Origin: a bacterium
GTDB lineage: Bacteria; Babelota; Babeliae; Babelales; Vermiphilaceae
Reading direction: 5' to 3'
Length of the DNA stretch: 64,000 nt
NCBI GenBank assembly: GCA_016699125.1
Contig: CP064961.1
Location: 920,281 to 984,280, forward strand
Shown here: positions 40,429-51,453 of the stretch, in pieces
Layout of the letters: the number at the start of each line of letters is the position of its first letter
Numbering within the stretch: position 1 is the stretch's first letter
Position numbers and translations under genes: made by a program
The notes under the pieces: model-generated
The model's input: the letters and a program-made list of their open reading frames with translations, nothing else
Database searches by the model: none
Told to the model about the DNA's origin: nothing

Positions 40429-42168
40429 CTACCACCACCAAAACAGATTGTTTTTCAGGAATGCGAAGAATGTTACAGTACCATTCCAGAACCACTGCAA
40501 CCACGGGGTTGGTGTGCCCGTTGACGAACCGTTGCCAGTACCTACCCGGAAACCTGATTGACCACGGCCTGCACCTTGTGACTGTTCATCTCGATTAGCT
40601 TCATCAGAAATATCTGCAGAAACCCAACCCTGACCAGAAACAACTTTTTGGTCACCAGGTGTAGGTCCAACCATTGCCTTTTTCGATTGCAGAAATTCGT
40701 TTACTTGCAAAGCTTGCAAAGATGATGGTAACAAAGTGGCCGCGTTGTCAACAGTTGTAATATTCATAGCAGTCTCCACTTGCAATAGTGATTCCAACAG
40801 ATCTAACTTGTTATCAGAATCAACTTTAGTTGTAAGTTTTTGCAGTACGGAAATAATCTGATCTATATCGTTGCGCTCATAGGCATCTATTATAAATGTA
40901 AGTAATACCGGCTTTTGTGCTAAATTTTTAACTGACAATGTTCCTTCGTTCTTGAATCGAACAGCCGAAGGATCTGTTTCTGTTCCACTAGTCCCAACTC
41001 CTGTAATTGCATTACGAATTACTAACAAAGCTCCATTTAAAGCTTCTTTTAATGTATTCCATTCTATTTGCATCCACGCAATAAAACGATTATCCTCTGA
41101 CACTTTTGCAAGCAACCTAATAAGTGGCATACTTTTTTCTGTAATATCTTTGATTTCTTTGAAATATTTAATTGATGTAAGCAGACTTTCGCTGTTACTT
41201 AAAGAATTATTAAGCAAACTTAAACAGGTAAAAGGGTCTTTTTTACTACGAGTAATAACATTCAAAAGGGCTTGCAATTCAATTTCATATGATGAAAAGT
41301 TGCCAAGATCACCCTTTTTAAGGAATCGATAGATTAACTTGGGATTGCTATTTATTAAATCTGTCGATTGATTAGTTTGATCATCAGTAAAGACCATATT
41401 GCTAATCTCATTCCTTAATTTATAATCCTTATTCTGTTCCAACGCAGTTTTTACATTCGAGATATTTTTACTAAGCATATCTATCTCAGCTTTTGCCTTA
41501 TCGTTTAAAAAAGTTTCATCTTCAACTAATTTTTCTAATATTGATGTAATATCCTTTTCTATACTACTTCTCAATAATGCAACATCCCTATTTTCCTCTT
41601 TATCAGGTACCACAAGCAACGTTTTTATAACTTGCTCGTCAATAATTTTCTGAGTTTTGTCTAATCCGTTTACGGAATATAAAAAGTCAGAAAGCTTCGT
41701 TTGATCTACCTTTTGAAACCGAAAATAAAGGTCTTTAAATTTTTTTTGCGAATTAAGGACTTGCGTCGTACTATTCAAAACATCTTTCAATTTTTCTGCA
41801 AATGGCCACCAATCAGCCGACCTAAACAAAAGCGCCGCAAAGAGAGAATGTGCACGGTCTTGAAAAACCTGGTCAACTAACAATGGCCCATTTACAAGAA
41901 ATCCTAATCGCCTATACGTTTCCAATGGCCCCATAAACAATCTGAATGGAAAATTTTTTTTGTGATTTTCCAACAATGTTTCTAAAAACTCTACCCTACA
42001 TTTAGCAGAATCAGTAAAAGCGATATTCTTCATAGCTGCCACTTCTTGTCCAAACTGCTTCCACGCAGCGTCAATTGGTACGTTCTCCATTGCTAATACA
42101 TAACCATACTTTTGAACGGTAAACATGAACACAGTGGAAAGATAAATAGTTTTTTTATATAAAAACAT
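40429..42168 (-). CDS. secreted/tail-anchored protein, paralog 1 (C-terminal GTPTPW..WFWNG..FF.FLKN.LFWWW anchor)
   Basis: 579 aa. N-terminus MFLYKKTIYLSTVFMFTVQKYGYV and last ~35 aa nearly identical to the next ORF. Confidence 0.6.
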   Translation of the reverse strand: MFLYKKTIYLSTVFMFTVQKYGYVLAMENVPIDAAWKQFGQEVAAMKNIAFTDSAKCRVEFLETLLENHKKNFPFRLFMGPLETYRRLGFLVNGPLLVDQVFQDRAHSLFAALLFRSADWWPFAEKLKDVLNSTTQVLNSQKKFKDLYFRFQKVDQTKLSDFLYSVNGLDKTQKIIDEQVIKTLLVVPDKEENRDVALLRSSIEKDITSILEKLVEDETFLNDKAKAEIDMLSKNISNVKTALEQNKDYKLRNEISNMVFTDDQTNQSTDLINSNPKLIYRFLKKGDLGNFSSYEIELQALLNVITRSKKDPFTCLSLLNNSLSNSESLLTSIKYFKEIKDITEKSMPLIRLLAKVSEDNRFIAWMQIEWNTLKEALNGALLVIRNAITGVGTSGTETDPSAVRFKNEGTLSVKNLAQKPVLLTFIIDAYERNDIDQIISVLQKLTTKVDSDNKLDLLESLLQVETAMNITTVDNAATLLPSSLQALQVNEFLQSKKAMVGPTPGDQKVVSGQGWVSADISDEANRDEQSQGAGRGQSGFRVGTGNGSSTGTPTPWLQWFWNGTVTFFAFLKNNLFWWW

Positions 42169-42291
42169 ATACCTTTGTTCAACATTTCATTTCAATATAA
42201 TGATTACTGTAATAAACAATAAGAAATAAAAGCAATCATTGAAAAGAAGTAAGCACAATGTATCAAAAGTTACGCGAAAATTATGCAAGTT

Positions 42292-44460
42292 TTACCACCA
42301 CCAAAACAGTTTGTTTTTCAGGAATGTGAAAAATGTTACAGCACCATTCCAGAACCACTGCGACCACGGGGTTGGTGTGCCTGTTGGCGAAGGGTTACCT
42401 GTACCAGATGGATTGATAGTACTGCTTGCACCTTGTGACTGGGTATCTGCATCAGATTGATTCGGGTCGGCAACATGTGGTTGTATAACTGGTTGTGTAG
42501 CTGGTATAGGAGGAACTACCGCATCGCCAACTTCATTCGCAACAACAACAGGAGTTTGCAGTTTTTGATCAACAACAACTGCAGTTTTTACTTCGCCCTG
42601 ATTATTAAGCTTTGTAGGCTCAGTCGGGCCTCTTTCTGGCTCGCCCCCAACTTCGCCGGTAGCAACTTGCTCCTTCAATTGCTCTTGTTTGGGCTTCTCC
42701 TGTTCTTTTTCTTCAGGTTGCTTCTGCCATTTAGCAGTTGCAATAGCAATCTCTTGATCCGTAACTGACAATTCCAAATTCGACAGGTCTTTAGACTGAG
42801 AAATGGATACACCCTCTTTTAATTGATTTGCTAATGCATTGATAGTTGCAAGGTTTTCCTCTGTCTCGGCTTTCAATAAACGGTCCAACAGATCTAATTT
42901 TTTGTCCAAATCAGAGTCTTCGTTTTCAGACTTGTTTGTTGCCTCAGACTTCGTTGCAAGTTTTTTCAATAGAAACCAGATGTAACGCAACTGGCTTTTT
43001 TCCTCTGCTTGAATCATAAAAGTAAGCAAGTTTGCTTTTTGAAAGTTAAACTTTAATAGTGAGCGAATAGACTTTTCCTTATCTTGCTGCCAATGACTAT
43101 ACATACCATTAGTATAAAATCCTGTTTTTCGCTTTTGATCAATGTCACGCATAAGCACATTAAACGTATTTTCTAAATGATCCTTTAATTCATTACACTC
43201 TTGCAGCATCCATTGAACAAAATTCAAGTTGTTCGTTACACAGCCAACAAACCAAAGAGTTGGCCAAATGATCGTATCTATAATACCTGCTACTTCATTG
43301 AGATATTCAATCGATTTCAAAAGGCTACCTTTATTTGAAAGAGTAGCATTAATATCACTTAAACATTGACAAGGATCTTTTTTAGCTGTTTCTTCCCATT
43401 CAGGCTTTCGGTCCCTGAGCCTTTTAATTCTAGTGGCATTCAATTCACCCCTTAAGTTACCCTCCTTTATATAGTGGTAAATCAGCTCGGGCTTATCATT
43501 AGTAAGCAAAGTGGTAACATTATTTCGACTACCTTTTTCCGGCATATATTCTGTAATGACCTTTTCAAATTCGGAAGACTTTTGATCAAATAGATTTATC
43601 ACCTTCTGTACATTCTCAAGAATAATATTCACCTCTTTTTGAGCTAGTATAGTAAGAAACGCTTTTTCTAATCTGTAATTTGAAGCTATTTTCACGCCAT
43701 ATTCCGTGATACTGTTTATCAAAAACAAAGCCTCGTTTCCCCCTTGAGTTGGTGGCACCAAAAGTCCTTTTATACATTCTTTATCAATAGGCTTTGCCTG
43801 CAAACCTGTCTTTTGGCGTTCATATAAAAGCTTAGCAAGCTCTTCTTGATAAACCTCTTGAAATCGGAAATACAGCTTCTTAAAATTACCTTGCGGATCT
43901 GGTGGTCGATTATCTTTTCCTTGCACATTACCTGCAACATCAATCTGTCTTGGAGCATCTGGTACATTTAATGGAGCCTGTTCATTAAAAACCTGATAGT
44001 TACGATTAAAAATATCTTCAAATTTACTATTATTTGTCCAAAAACCCTGCGAACTGAATAGCTGTGCAGCAAAATAAGAGTTGATACAGTCATAAAATCG
44101 CTCATCAGTTAACTGTTGTATCTTCATATTAGAATGTTTGTTCAAAATAACGAATCTCAAACTTGGATAATCTTCGGCATAACCCATAAACGGTCTAAAC
44201 GGGAAATTTTTTATGTGGCTTTCAAACAAGGTCTTTATTAAATTTACTCGTGAAACATCCAGCCTGTCTGCCTGCCAGCTGGTTATTGCAGTTGAAAGGA
44301 AAGACTGAACAGTTCCATATTGCTGCCCTATCTCATTAAGCTTGTTTTCTACAGCAGCATCATCACCTTTCACCATTTCCATTGCTGATACATAGGCATA
44401 TTTTTGAACCGAAAGCAAGAATACTATAGATAGACAGATAGCTTTTTTATGTAACAACAT
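42292..44460 (-). CDS. secreted/tail-anchored protein, paralog 2 with Pro/Gln/Glu-rich linker
   Basis: 722 aa. Same N- and C-termini as 40429-42168. Acidic/proline low-complexity region before the C-terminal anchor. Confidence 0.6.
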   Translation of the reverse strand: MLLHKKAICLSIVFLLSVQKYAYVSAMEMVKGDDAAVENKLNEIGQQYGTVQSFLSTAITSWQADRLDVSRVNLIKTLFESHIKNFPFRPFMGYAEDYPSLRFVILNKHSNMKIQQLTDERFYDCINSYFAAQLFSSQGFWTNNSKFEDIFNRNYQVFNEQAPLNVPDAPRQIDVAGNVQGKDNRPPDPQGNFKKLYFRFQEVYQEELAKLLYERQKTGLQAKPIDKECIKGLLVPPTQGGNEALFLINSITEYGVKIASNYRLEKAFLTILAQKEVNIILENVQKVINLFDQKSSEFEKVITEYMPEKGSRNNVTTLLTNDKPELIYHYIKEGNLRGELNATRIKRLRDRKPEWEETAKKDPCQCLSDINATLSNKGSLLKSIEYLNEVAGIIDTIIWPTLWFVGCVTNNLNFVQWMLQECNELKDHLENTFNVLMRDIDQKRKTGFYTNGMYSHWQQDKEKSIRSLLKFNFQKANLLTFMIQAEEKSQLRYIWFLLKKLATKSEATNKSENEDSDLDKKLDLLDRLLKAETEENLATINALANQLKEGVSISQSKDLSNLELSVTDQEIAIATAKWQKQPEEKEQEKPKQEQLKEQVATGEVGGEPERGPTEPTKLNNQGEVKTAVVVDQKLQTPVVVANEVGDAVVPPIPATQPVIQPHVADPNQSDADTQSQGASSTINPSGTGNPSPTGTPTPWSQWFWNGAVTFFTFLKNKLFWWW

Positions 44461-44609
44461 ATAACTCTTTTTTATATTTTAATTTCCATACAATCATTAT
44501 TATCATGAAAACTACTCAAAAAAGCAATTATTACAAAGCCCTATCTTTTTTCTTAGTCATTTTTGTGTCAGCAGTATCATCACAAACTATCAGTTTTACA
44601 GACAATGGA

Positions 44610-46376
44610 TCATGCTTTTCGGTTATGAACTACGGCAATGCTATACTCTGAAAGAATTTTTTGATCAATGGGTGTTGGTGCATTCATCATCATATCAAAA
44701 CCTTTTTGTGTTTTTGGAAAGGCGATCACTTCTCGAATTGACTGAGATTTGGTCATCATCATCAACAGACGATCAAGCCCTAATGCAATGCCACCATGCG
44801 GCGGAAAGCCATATTCCTGCGCTCGCAAGAGAAACCCGAACTTCTGTTCCATCTCTTCAGCTTTTAATCCAAGCATATCAAAAATCTCTTGCTGCTTTTG
44901 ACGATCATGTATTCGAATGGAACCGCCACCAATTTCAACCCCATTCAACACAACATCATATGCTCGAGCTTTGATCTGTCCACGCTCCAGCTTTTCATAA
45001 CCATCTTGTGGCGCAGTAAACGGATGATGCATCGCATTCCAACGCTTGTCTTTTTCGTCATATTCCAGCAGTGGAAAATCGGTAACCCATAAGAAGTTAA
45101 ACTCATCTTTGACAATCCCCAGCTGTTGCGCAAGCATCAATCTAATTTGGCCCAATAAGGTCCATGTTTTTTGGTATTCGCCTGCAATGATAAACAAGGT
45201 GCTGCCAGCCGTGAAATCTGGAATGACGTGCTGTACTTGTTTGACAAAATCAGCTGGTAAAAACTTTGAGACGGGAGAATCGACTGATCCATCGTCATTT
45301 ACCTGTATCCACAACAGGCCTTTTGCACCAAGCTGCAATGCTTTATCGGTCCATCGATTCAACTCAGAATGGGTAAACGGATGCTGTGCAACATGCACAG
45401 CCCCTATTTTGCCGCCAGCTTTAAGCACAGCTTGCAGAAACTGGAGATCTAATGGTTGAAAGATGCTTTCGACATGCACAATCGGCAGCTCAAATCGCAG
45501 ATCAGGTTTATCACAACCATATACATCGAATGCAACGTCATACGTCATGCGTTTAAATGGCGTCTGAATATCAACGTCCAAAACTTCTTTGAACATATTT
45601 TTCAACACACGCTCAATCAACGATTGAATTTCATCCTCGCAAATGAACGACATCTCAATATCAAGTTGGGTAAACTCAGGCTGCCTGTCAGCTCGCAGAT
45701 CTTCATCACGAAAACAGCGAGCAACTTGAAAATACTTTTCCATGCCACTGGCCATCAAAAGCTGTTTGTAAAGCTGTGGTGACTGTGGTAACACATAAAA
45801 CGAGCCCTGATTTAACCTGCTTGGAACAATGAACTCTCGCGCACCTTCCGGTGTATTTTTGGTCAACATAGGCGTTTCGATCTCATAAAAACCTTCTTTT
45901 TGCAAAGACTGTCTTGCAATAAAGATCGCTTTGTTGCGCATTGCAAACTTTGCATGCATTTCGGGCCTACGCAGATCAAGATATCGATATACAAGACGTG
46001 TCTCTTCATCAACATTGTGCGCCTCATCCAAAGAAAAGGGAGGCGTTTTTGACCGATTTAAAATAGAAACGGATTCAATTAACAGTTCCCATTTTCCCGT
46101 TGGAAGTTTAGTATTAATCGTTTCGACAGTTCTTTCGACAACGACACCTTCCACATGAATAACATATTCAGAACGAAGTTCATGTGCAATTGTATGACTA
46201 TTTTTATTATGTGTCGGATCAAAAACAAGCTGCATAAAACCGGTTCTATCCCTCAGATCAACGAAAATGAGATTTCCATGATCACGTCTGCGGTGCACCC
46301 ATCCAGCTAAACTAACTACTTTTTTCAGATGTAGCTGATCAATTTCTCCGCATCCTACACTTCTTTTAATAATCAT
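44610..46376 (-). CDS. aspS: aspartyl-tRNA synthetase
   Basis: 588 aa. Class II motifs ([27 protein letters not shown]...) and an OB anticodon-binding N-terminus. Confidence 0.9.
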   Translation of the reverse strand: MIIKRSVGCGEIDQLHLKKVVSLAGWVHRRRDHGNLIFVDLRDRTGFMQLVFDPTHNKNSHTIAHELRSEYVIHVEGVVVERTVETINTKLPTGKWELLIESVSILNRSKTPPFSLDEAHNVDEETRLVYRYLDLRRPEMHAKFAMRNKAIFIARQSLQKEGFYEIETPMLTKNTPEGAREFIVPSRLNQGSFYVLPQSPQLYKQLLMASGMEKYFQVARCFRDEDLRADRQPEFTQLDIEMSFICEDEIQSLIERVLKNMFKEVLDVDIQTPFKRMTYDVAFDVYGCDKPDLRFELPIVHVESIFQPLDLQFLQAVLKAGGKIGAVHVAQHPFTHSELNRWTDKALQLGAKGLLWIQVNDDGSVDSPVSKFLPADFVKQVQHVIPDFTAGSTLFIIAGEYQKTWTLLGQIRLMLAQQLGIVKDEFNFLWVTDFPLLEYDEKDKRWNAMHHPFTAPQDGYEKLERGQIKARAYDVVLNGVEIGGGSIRIHDRQKQQEIFDMLGLKAEEMEQKFGFLLRAQEYGFPPHGGIALGLDRLLMMMTKSQSIREVIAFPKTQKGFDMMMNAPTPIDQKILSEYSIAVVHNRKA

Positions 46377-46404
46377 ACAATTAGCACCTTACATTACAGA
46401 GTAA

Positions 46405-48300
46405 TTAGAAAGTAAATTTAAGACCCATATTTAAAGTCAATGCAATATTATCATTCAAACCTTTTACCGCATCAGCAGTAAAACCTGTAACGTCTTGCTG
46501 GTCAGCCACATCTAACTGTTCTTGGTTTAAATATGCAGCGTCTTTGCGATCTGTATAAAATGATCCAGGAATGAATAAAGACCCTGTCGTGAAGAACTCT
46601 AGGTTTTCCAACATGCCATAATGTACAAATAGATTGAGTTCAGTGCCCAAATATGGTCTTGCATTGCCCGTTGGATAATGTTGCCAAAACGAGATTATAT
46701 TTGGTTGTACCTTGATTAAATGATCATTATTAACTGGTTTCCACAAAACACTGGTTCCTAGCGCCATCAAATTTGAAAAACCAGAAACAGCCGCCGTTTG
46801 AAACTTATCTGGAGCTTCATCAAATGTTGGTTTTGAAAATGGCCGCTTCATTTTTCCAGCTCCACCAAGCAGAAAGGCACTTTTTACCCGATCACCAGCA
46901 TACAATTCTTGAATCCCAACAAACCCACTATAATTACCATCAATAGGGTTAAAGTTTGGAAAATCATCACCGGACGCAATTGCTGCCATTCCACTGAATC
47001 TAACCGTTTTATTTGCAAACCAGTAGGATGCATCTGCAATCGCCATATACCCATTAAAAATATTCACATATGGATCTCTGAATCTATTTGTTCCATTAAA
47101 AACTGAGCTTTGGCTTGTTAGCCCATCCGCAACCCCAGTAATTTCTAACCCATTTTGCTTGACGCTTCTGAATGCCTGATCAACTGCTTTTTGGGTTGCA
47201 CTACCGGTCACATACACCAATCTTTGTGAAGTATCAGCTGTGGGCGTTCCCGCAAACACATGACTATTTACTGCCGTAGGCACTCCATCACGTGACTCGA
47301 AAATTATCGCATTACGATCCCACCCTTTCACCTGCTGTTGACCAAGGTTAATTGCACAATCAAACCCAAATTCAAATTCATTAAAATTCATTTCAGATGC
47401 AAAACCGATTGTTCCAAGCAGCATCTTTGCATCAGCAGGATACTCGACATTTTGTTCCGGTTCATGTGTCACAAGCCAATAAGGCTGCAATTCAAGTTTG
47501 TTCGCCTGAATATCTTCAAAAACTCGCCATTTTAAAGCTCCGGAAACAAGAAAATGAACACTGCCAAATCCACGAGCAGGTGTTTGCAATCTCCCATATT
47601 CCTGTCCAAGTATTTTAGCATTTATATCAGACAGGGAACCCGCCTTATTTTGAAGCAACGCAACATAAAATTCGTGATTTAACTTATTTTGTATCAACTC
47701 ATCAGAAATCAATAGTCCATAAGCAAATCGATCAACTGCTGAATCACTATAAAATCCAAGAGATTCAGAACCAACAGCAAAAGCATCACCTAACGCTATT
47801 CCTCTGCCCAGCTGATATGAAAACGAACCAAACTTAACTGTATGCAAAAGCTCGACTGGGATAGCGGCTACTTTTGAAAGATCAATTTCTGCGTAAAGTT
47901 CACGAAGCCAAAAAATATTGCGGGGCAATGCATGCGTATGTTCCCCGACAACAACTTCGTTCATTTTAAAAGTAGAACTGGTAGTTTTTGCAATACCATC
48001 TTCTGAGCCCCAAGGCGATTTATTTCTTACCGTACCTTTAAAAGTTATTCCGCTATTTTTGTATGTACCACTTACATCCAGAGTATGTCGTGCAAAAAAG
48101 TTCGTATCACCCTTGTTAAAAGTACTAAACTTATCACCAAAAAAACTTTCAGGTTTATACGTTCCTGAAATCACAATGTTATTCTTTTTTTCCTCTTTTA
48201 ATAATTTAACAGGTTGTTCAGCAAACGTATGCATAAAACAAGCTGCTACCAACAAAGCATAGGTTGATTTTAATAAAAGGTAATTCATGTTATTCTCCAA
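46405..48300 (-). CDS. outer-membrane beta-barrel protein (putative porin/major OMP-like)
   Basis: 631 aa. Signal peptide. Alternating beta-strand pattern. C-terminal ...LNMGLKFTF with terminal Phe. Confidence 0.55.
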   Translation of the reverse strand: MENNMNYLLLKSTYALLVAACFMHTFAEQPVKLLKEEKKNNIVISGTYKPESFFGDKFSTFNKGDTNFFARHTLDVSGTYKNSGITFKGTVRNKSPWGSEDGIAKTTSSTFKMNEVVVGEHTHALPRNIFWLRELYAEIDLSKVAAIPVELLHTVKFGSFSYQLGRGIALGDAFAVGSESLGFYSDSAVDRFAYGLLISDELIQNKLNHEFYVALLQNKAGSLSDINAKILGQEYGRLQTPARGFGSVHFLVSGALKWRVFEDIQANKLELQPYWLVTHEPEQNVEYPADAKMLLGTIGFASEMNFNEFEFGFDCAINLGQQQVKGWDRNAIIFESRDGVPTAVNSHVFAGTPTADTSQRLVYVTGSATQKAVDQAFRSVKQNGLEITGVADGLTSQSSVFNGTNRFRDPYVNIFNGYMAIADASYWFANKTVRFSGMAAIASGDDFPNFNPIDGNYSGFVGIQELYAGDRVKSAFLLGGAGKMKRPFSKPTFDEAPDKFQTAAVSGFSNLMALGTSVLWKPVNNDHLIKVQPNIISFWQHYPTGNARPYLGTELNLFVHYGMLENLEFFTTGSLFIPGSFYTDRKDAAYLNQEQLDVADQQDVTGFTADAVKGLNDNIALTLNMGLKFTF

Positions 48301-48361
48301 TACGATACGTTTACCAAACTATACATGTCCAATTTTAAAACACAAAGTGTTCACATGATTT

Positions 48362-49321
48362 TTGCATGCACACGATCAAAAGAACATTACTGATCATGAT
48401 AGTTCTTTTTCATTATTTGTCAAAATAAGAGGATCTCCAGTGGAAACTAAAAAACTTCAACGCCTATGTTTAGGCGCTCATATGTCAATTAAAAATGGCT
48501 TTTGGCAGGCAGTCAAAGACGGAGCTTCAATTGAATGCCAATCAATTCAGTTTTTCAGTAAAAGCAATCGCCAATGGTATGCAAAAAAAATTACACAAGA
48601 TGAAGTTACAGACTTTCAAAATGGGTTAAAAGGAACTAAAATAACACTACAATCAATAATGGTGCACGCTTCATATCTGATTAACATAGCATCATCAAAT
48701 CAAGAGGTATTCGCAAAATCTAAAAAAGCACTTTTGATAGAAATTGAACGGTGCGCTCAGTTAGGTGTCCCTTTTTTGGTGCTCCACCCCGGCTCAAGAC
48801 TCGATTTTTCCATCAAACAAGCCATTGAACAGGCAAGCAACTGCCTCGATGAAGTTATTTACGAAAGCAACGCTCCGGTTACCATTTTAATTGAAAATAT
48901 GGCGGGGCAAGGAAGTAGTATCGGATCAACATTTGAAGAACTAGGCATGCTATTTAATCTTCTCTCTCAAACAAGCAAACAAAAACTTGGCTTTTGTATT
49001 GATACCTGCCACTTATTTGCAGCAGGAACCGATTATCACACAACAGATGCCTATGAAAATTTATGGAAGACGGTAATGCAACATATTCCACTTGACCATA
49101 TCAAGGCTTTTCATATCAATGATTCAAAAACAAAGTGTGGATCACACGTTGACCGTCATGAACATATAGGCCACGGGCTCATTCCTCTTCGCTCTTTTCA
49201 ACTGTTACTTCAAGACAAACGATTCTGGCACATACCAAAAATTCTTGAAACTCCCTATGCTTCACTTGACGATCATAAAAAAAATATATCTATCTTAGTA
49301 CAACTTGCTTCAAAAACATAA
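48362..49321 (+). CDS. nfo: endonuclease IV (AP endonuclease, TIM barrel)
   Basis: LGAHMS...QFFSKSNRQW...HASYLINIAS...HPGS...IENMAGQGS...IDTCHLFAAG...HINDSK...VDRHEHIG collinear with Nfo. True start probably ~48440; the ORF-track ATG gives an N-terminal extension. Confidence 0.85.
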   Translation: MHAHDQKNITDHDSSFSLFVKIRGSPVETKKLQRLCLGAHMSIKNGFWQAVKDGASIECQSIQFFSKSNRQWYAKKITQDEVTDFQNGLKGTKITLQSIMVHASYLINIASSNQEVFAKSKKALLIEIERCAQLGVPFLVLHPGSRLDFSIKQAIEQASNCLDEVIYESNAPVTILIENMAGQGSSIGSTFEELGMLFNLLSQTSKQKLGFCIDTCHLFAAGTDYHTTDAYENLWKTVMQHIPLDHIKAFHINDSKTKCGSHVDRHEHIGHGLIPLRSFQLLLQDKRFWHIPKILETPYASLDDHKKNISILVQLASKT

Positions 49322-49326
49322 AAAAA

Positions 49327-49356
49327 GACGGGCATGAACAGTGCCCGTCTTTTAAA
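49327..49356 (+). terminator. rho-independent terminator
   Basis: gacgggca-tgaacag-tgcccgtc then ttttaaa. Confidence 0.7.
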
Positions 49357-49591
49357 GCAGCGCTTCTTCGTATGTTGTACTTCCAACCATCAAGGAATTG
49401 AAGTCCTGAATAAGCTACTTCAAGTCTCACTCTTTTTTTTAATTATAACAAATATTTTTGTGTTGCAATACCTCAGGCAACAATTTATCCTTTATATCCA
49501 ACCATTTTTTTGCAACACTTATTGTTTTTAAGAAAAATAATTGAAAAGCAACATCATTTTTCTTATTACTTGATTTATCTAAAAATAAAAC

Positions 49592-49624
49592 TACAATTAA
49601 TAATTTCAGAATACAACTAATTAT
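49592..49624. repeat. perfect 12-bp inverted repeat tacaactaatta/taattagttgta with 8-nt T-rich spacer
   Basis: Direct reading. Lies in AT-rich noncoding DNA just upstream of the repeat copy starting at ~49686. Confidence 0.6.
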
Positions 49625-49685
49625 TTTTTGTTTAATTAGTTGTATTACAAATTAAACTTAGATTTTAGCGCCCTATGTCTTTTAA

Positions 49686-50160
49686 AACCGCCATCGCTTT
49701 GCGCTTTTGATTTAATGAAACAATCAAGCTGTTTTGACAATGTTATCTGTATAGAAACAAAATTGTTTGGTTATACCATCTGAAATACGTAGAAAACGTA
49801 TGCGGAGTTGAATTAAAGCATCATTAAGAATAGTCACCAGTAGAACTGAAAAGAATATAGACCGAATAACAAATCCACATAAGGAATGTTTATCCTATGA
49901 TTCTTTTGCGCAATTTTGAAAAATACCACCAAGGCAAGGCATTACCGGTATTTGCTTGATGAATTATTGCTGCAAATACATCCCAAACACATGGATTCTG
50001 TATTGACCCAGTTATTCTTTGTAATTTTTCAAAAAGGTCATCTGGATTCTGTGTTTTCAGTTGCTCTATTGAATGAATGCCAAGAAGCTCAAGATCATGC
50101 AAAACGGCTTTGCCAACATTTTTAAGTGACAATAACTCTTTACTCTTCATATTTTTTTAC
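49686..50160. repeat. second copy of the 23318-23790 repeat
   Basis: Alignment by eye, ~85-90% identity. Confidence 0.8.
49890..50150 (-). CDS. TfoX C-terminal domain-like small protein (second copy)
   Basis: 86 aa, ~85% identical to 23529-23783. Confidence 0.55.
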   Translation of the reverse strand: MKSKELLSLKNVGKAVLHDLELLGIHSIEQLKTQNPDDLFEKLQRITGSIQNPCVWDVFAAIIHQANTGNALPWWYFSKLRKRIIG

Positions 50161-50213
50161 CTTTTAATGCAACCCTTTAATCGCCTGCAGTTCCTTTAAA
50201 AACTGAGCCACGT

Positions 50214-50715
50214 CACTAGAATTTCAGATCCTTACATGAGGTTTTATCTTAAAGTTATTGAACCACATTCAAATATCATCGCAGAAGGTGGATTTGATCA
50301 AGTACCACTATCAACCATAGTTGGTTTTGAAACACATCTAGGCCTACAACTTGAGACATTATTACTTCAAAATCGCCAGTTATTGATTGAAAAACTAGGT
50401 ATTTCATCTGTCGATATTGTACGCAGCGGACCGTACAGACAAACAAAAACAACTACTCAGCAAGGTTGCCAAATCGATTATCTAATACAAACAAAAACCA
50501 ACGGCTTATTTATTTGTGAATTTAAATTCAAAAGACGTGAAATTGGCATCGATATCATTACCGAAATGCAGGAAAAAATAGCAAGACTAAAAGCGCCAAA
50601 AGAATTCGCAAAGGTAGCCGTATTATTCCATGTAAGCGGTGTAGTTACTACCGTTGCAACAAGCTCCTATTTTTATCGCATCATTAATATTGTAGATTTT
50701 TTAGAAAATCATTAA
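50214..50715 (+). pseudogene. 3' fragment of DUF234/Arch_ATPase gene (copy of 29855-30365)
   Basis: ISDPYMRFYLKVIEPHSNIIAEGGFDQVPL... ~90% identical to the C-terminal 165 aa of the 28854-30365 protein. No N-terminal ATPase part. Preceded at 50168-50212 by a ~45-bp fragment matching 28285-28310 (inside the APH gene). Confidence 0.8.
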
Positions 50716-50818
50716 ATGTCCTATCCAGTTACTTTTTTTAGAAACGCAGTATCAGGTTTTTCAAGAGCTTCGTACACGTATGCTTCTATTTGTGTCAACA
50801 TCCATAAACTCAAATCTT

Positions 50819-51307
50819 TTAGTGTGCAGATCCCAACTTTTTATCCTGCTCATCTCCTGTCAGTACATGAGTAAGCTCATCTGTCGAGACAATTTTATTA
50901 TTCATAATTTTATGGAATGCAATAACTTTAATCTCCACTTTCGTACCATCTTTTTTACTTGCTTTAGCCCTGTGGACAGTACATACGGTGTTTTGATCTG
51001 CAACAATGTCATCATAGATTATCTCTACCTTTGAAGCCAATACAGACTTTAAATATTTCACATGGCTTAACAGATCATCATAATTTAACACTTTACCATC
51101 TGAATATTGTTTATATGATACATCATGATATTTCGCTACAGCCTCTTCTAGATAAGGTGCATTAAAAATATCAAAAGATTTTTTTACTAACTCAATATTA
51201 CTTTCAATCCTTTTATTTTTTAAAAACAACGATATCGAATAAGAAATTGCCAAAAGAAAACAAAGTACCATAAGCGAATATACATTTACCTGTCTCAAAA
51301 AATTCAT
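50819..51307 (-). CDS. membrane-anchored hypothetical protein
   Basis: 162 aa, with an N-terminal TM helix. Confidence 0.4.
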   Translation of the reverse strand: MNFLRQVNVYSLMVLCFLLAISYSISLFLKNKRIESNIELVKKSFDIFNAPYLEEAVAKYHDVSYKQYSDGKVLNYDDLLSHVKYLKSVLASKVEIIYDDIVADQNTVCTVHRAKASKKDGTKVEIKVIAFHKIMNNKIVSTDELTHVLTGDEQDKKLGSAH

Positions 51308-51356
51308 TTATGAAATCCTTAAAAAATACTTTAATAGCCAAAATGATTGTAGAAGC

Positions 51357-51448
51357 TGGAGGAGAGAGGGGGATTCGAACCCCCGATTTCCATCGCTGGA
51401 AATAACGGTTTTCAAGACCGCCGCATTCAACCACTCTGCCATCTCTCC
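51357..51448 (-). tRNA. tRNA-Ser(TGA), CCA encoded
   Basis: GGAGAGATGGCAGAGTGGTTGAATGCGGCGGTCTTGAAAACCG... has anticodon loop CTTGAAA, a long variable arm, and T-arm GGGGGTTCGAATCCCCC. Acceptor stems pair. Confidence 0.9.
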
Positions 51449-51453
51449 GCATG

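Noticed and set aside
44612-46158. ORFs antisense to aspS
   Set aside because: aspS is unambiguous. The antisense ORFs have no motifs.
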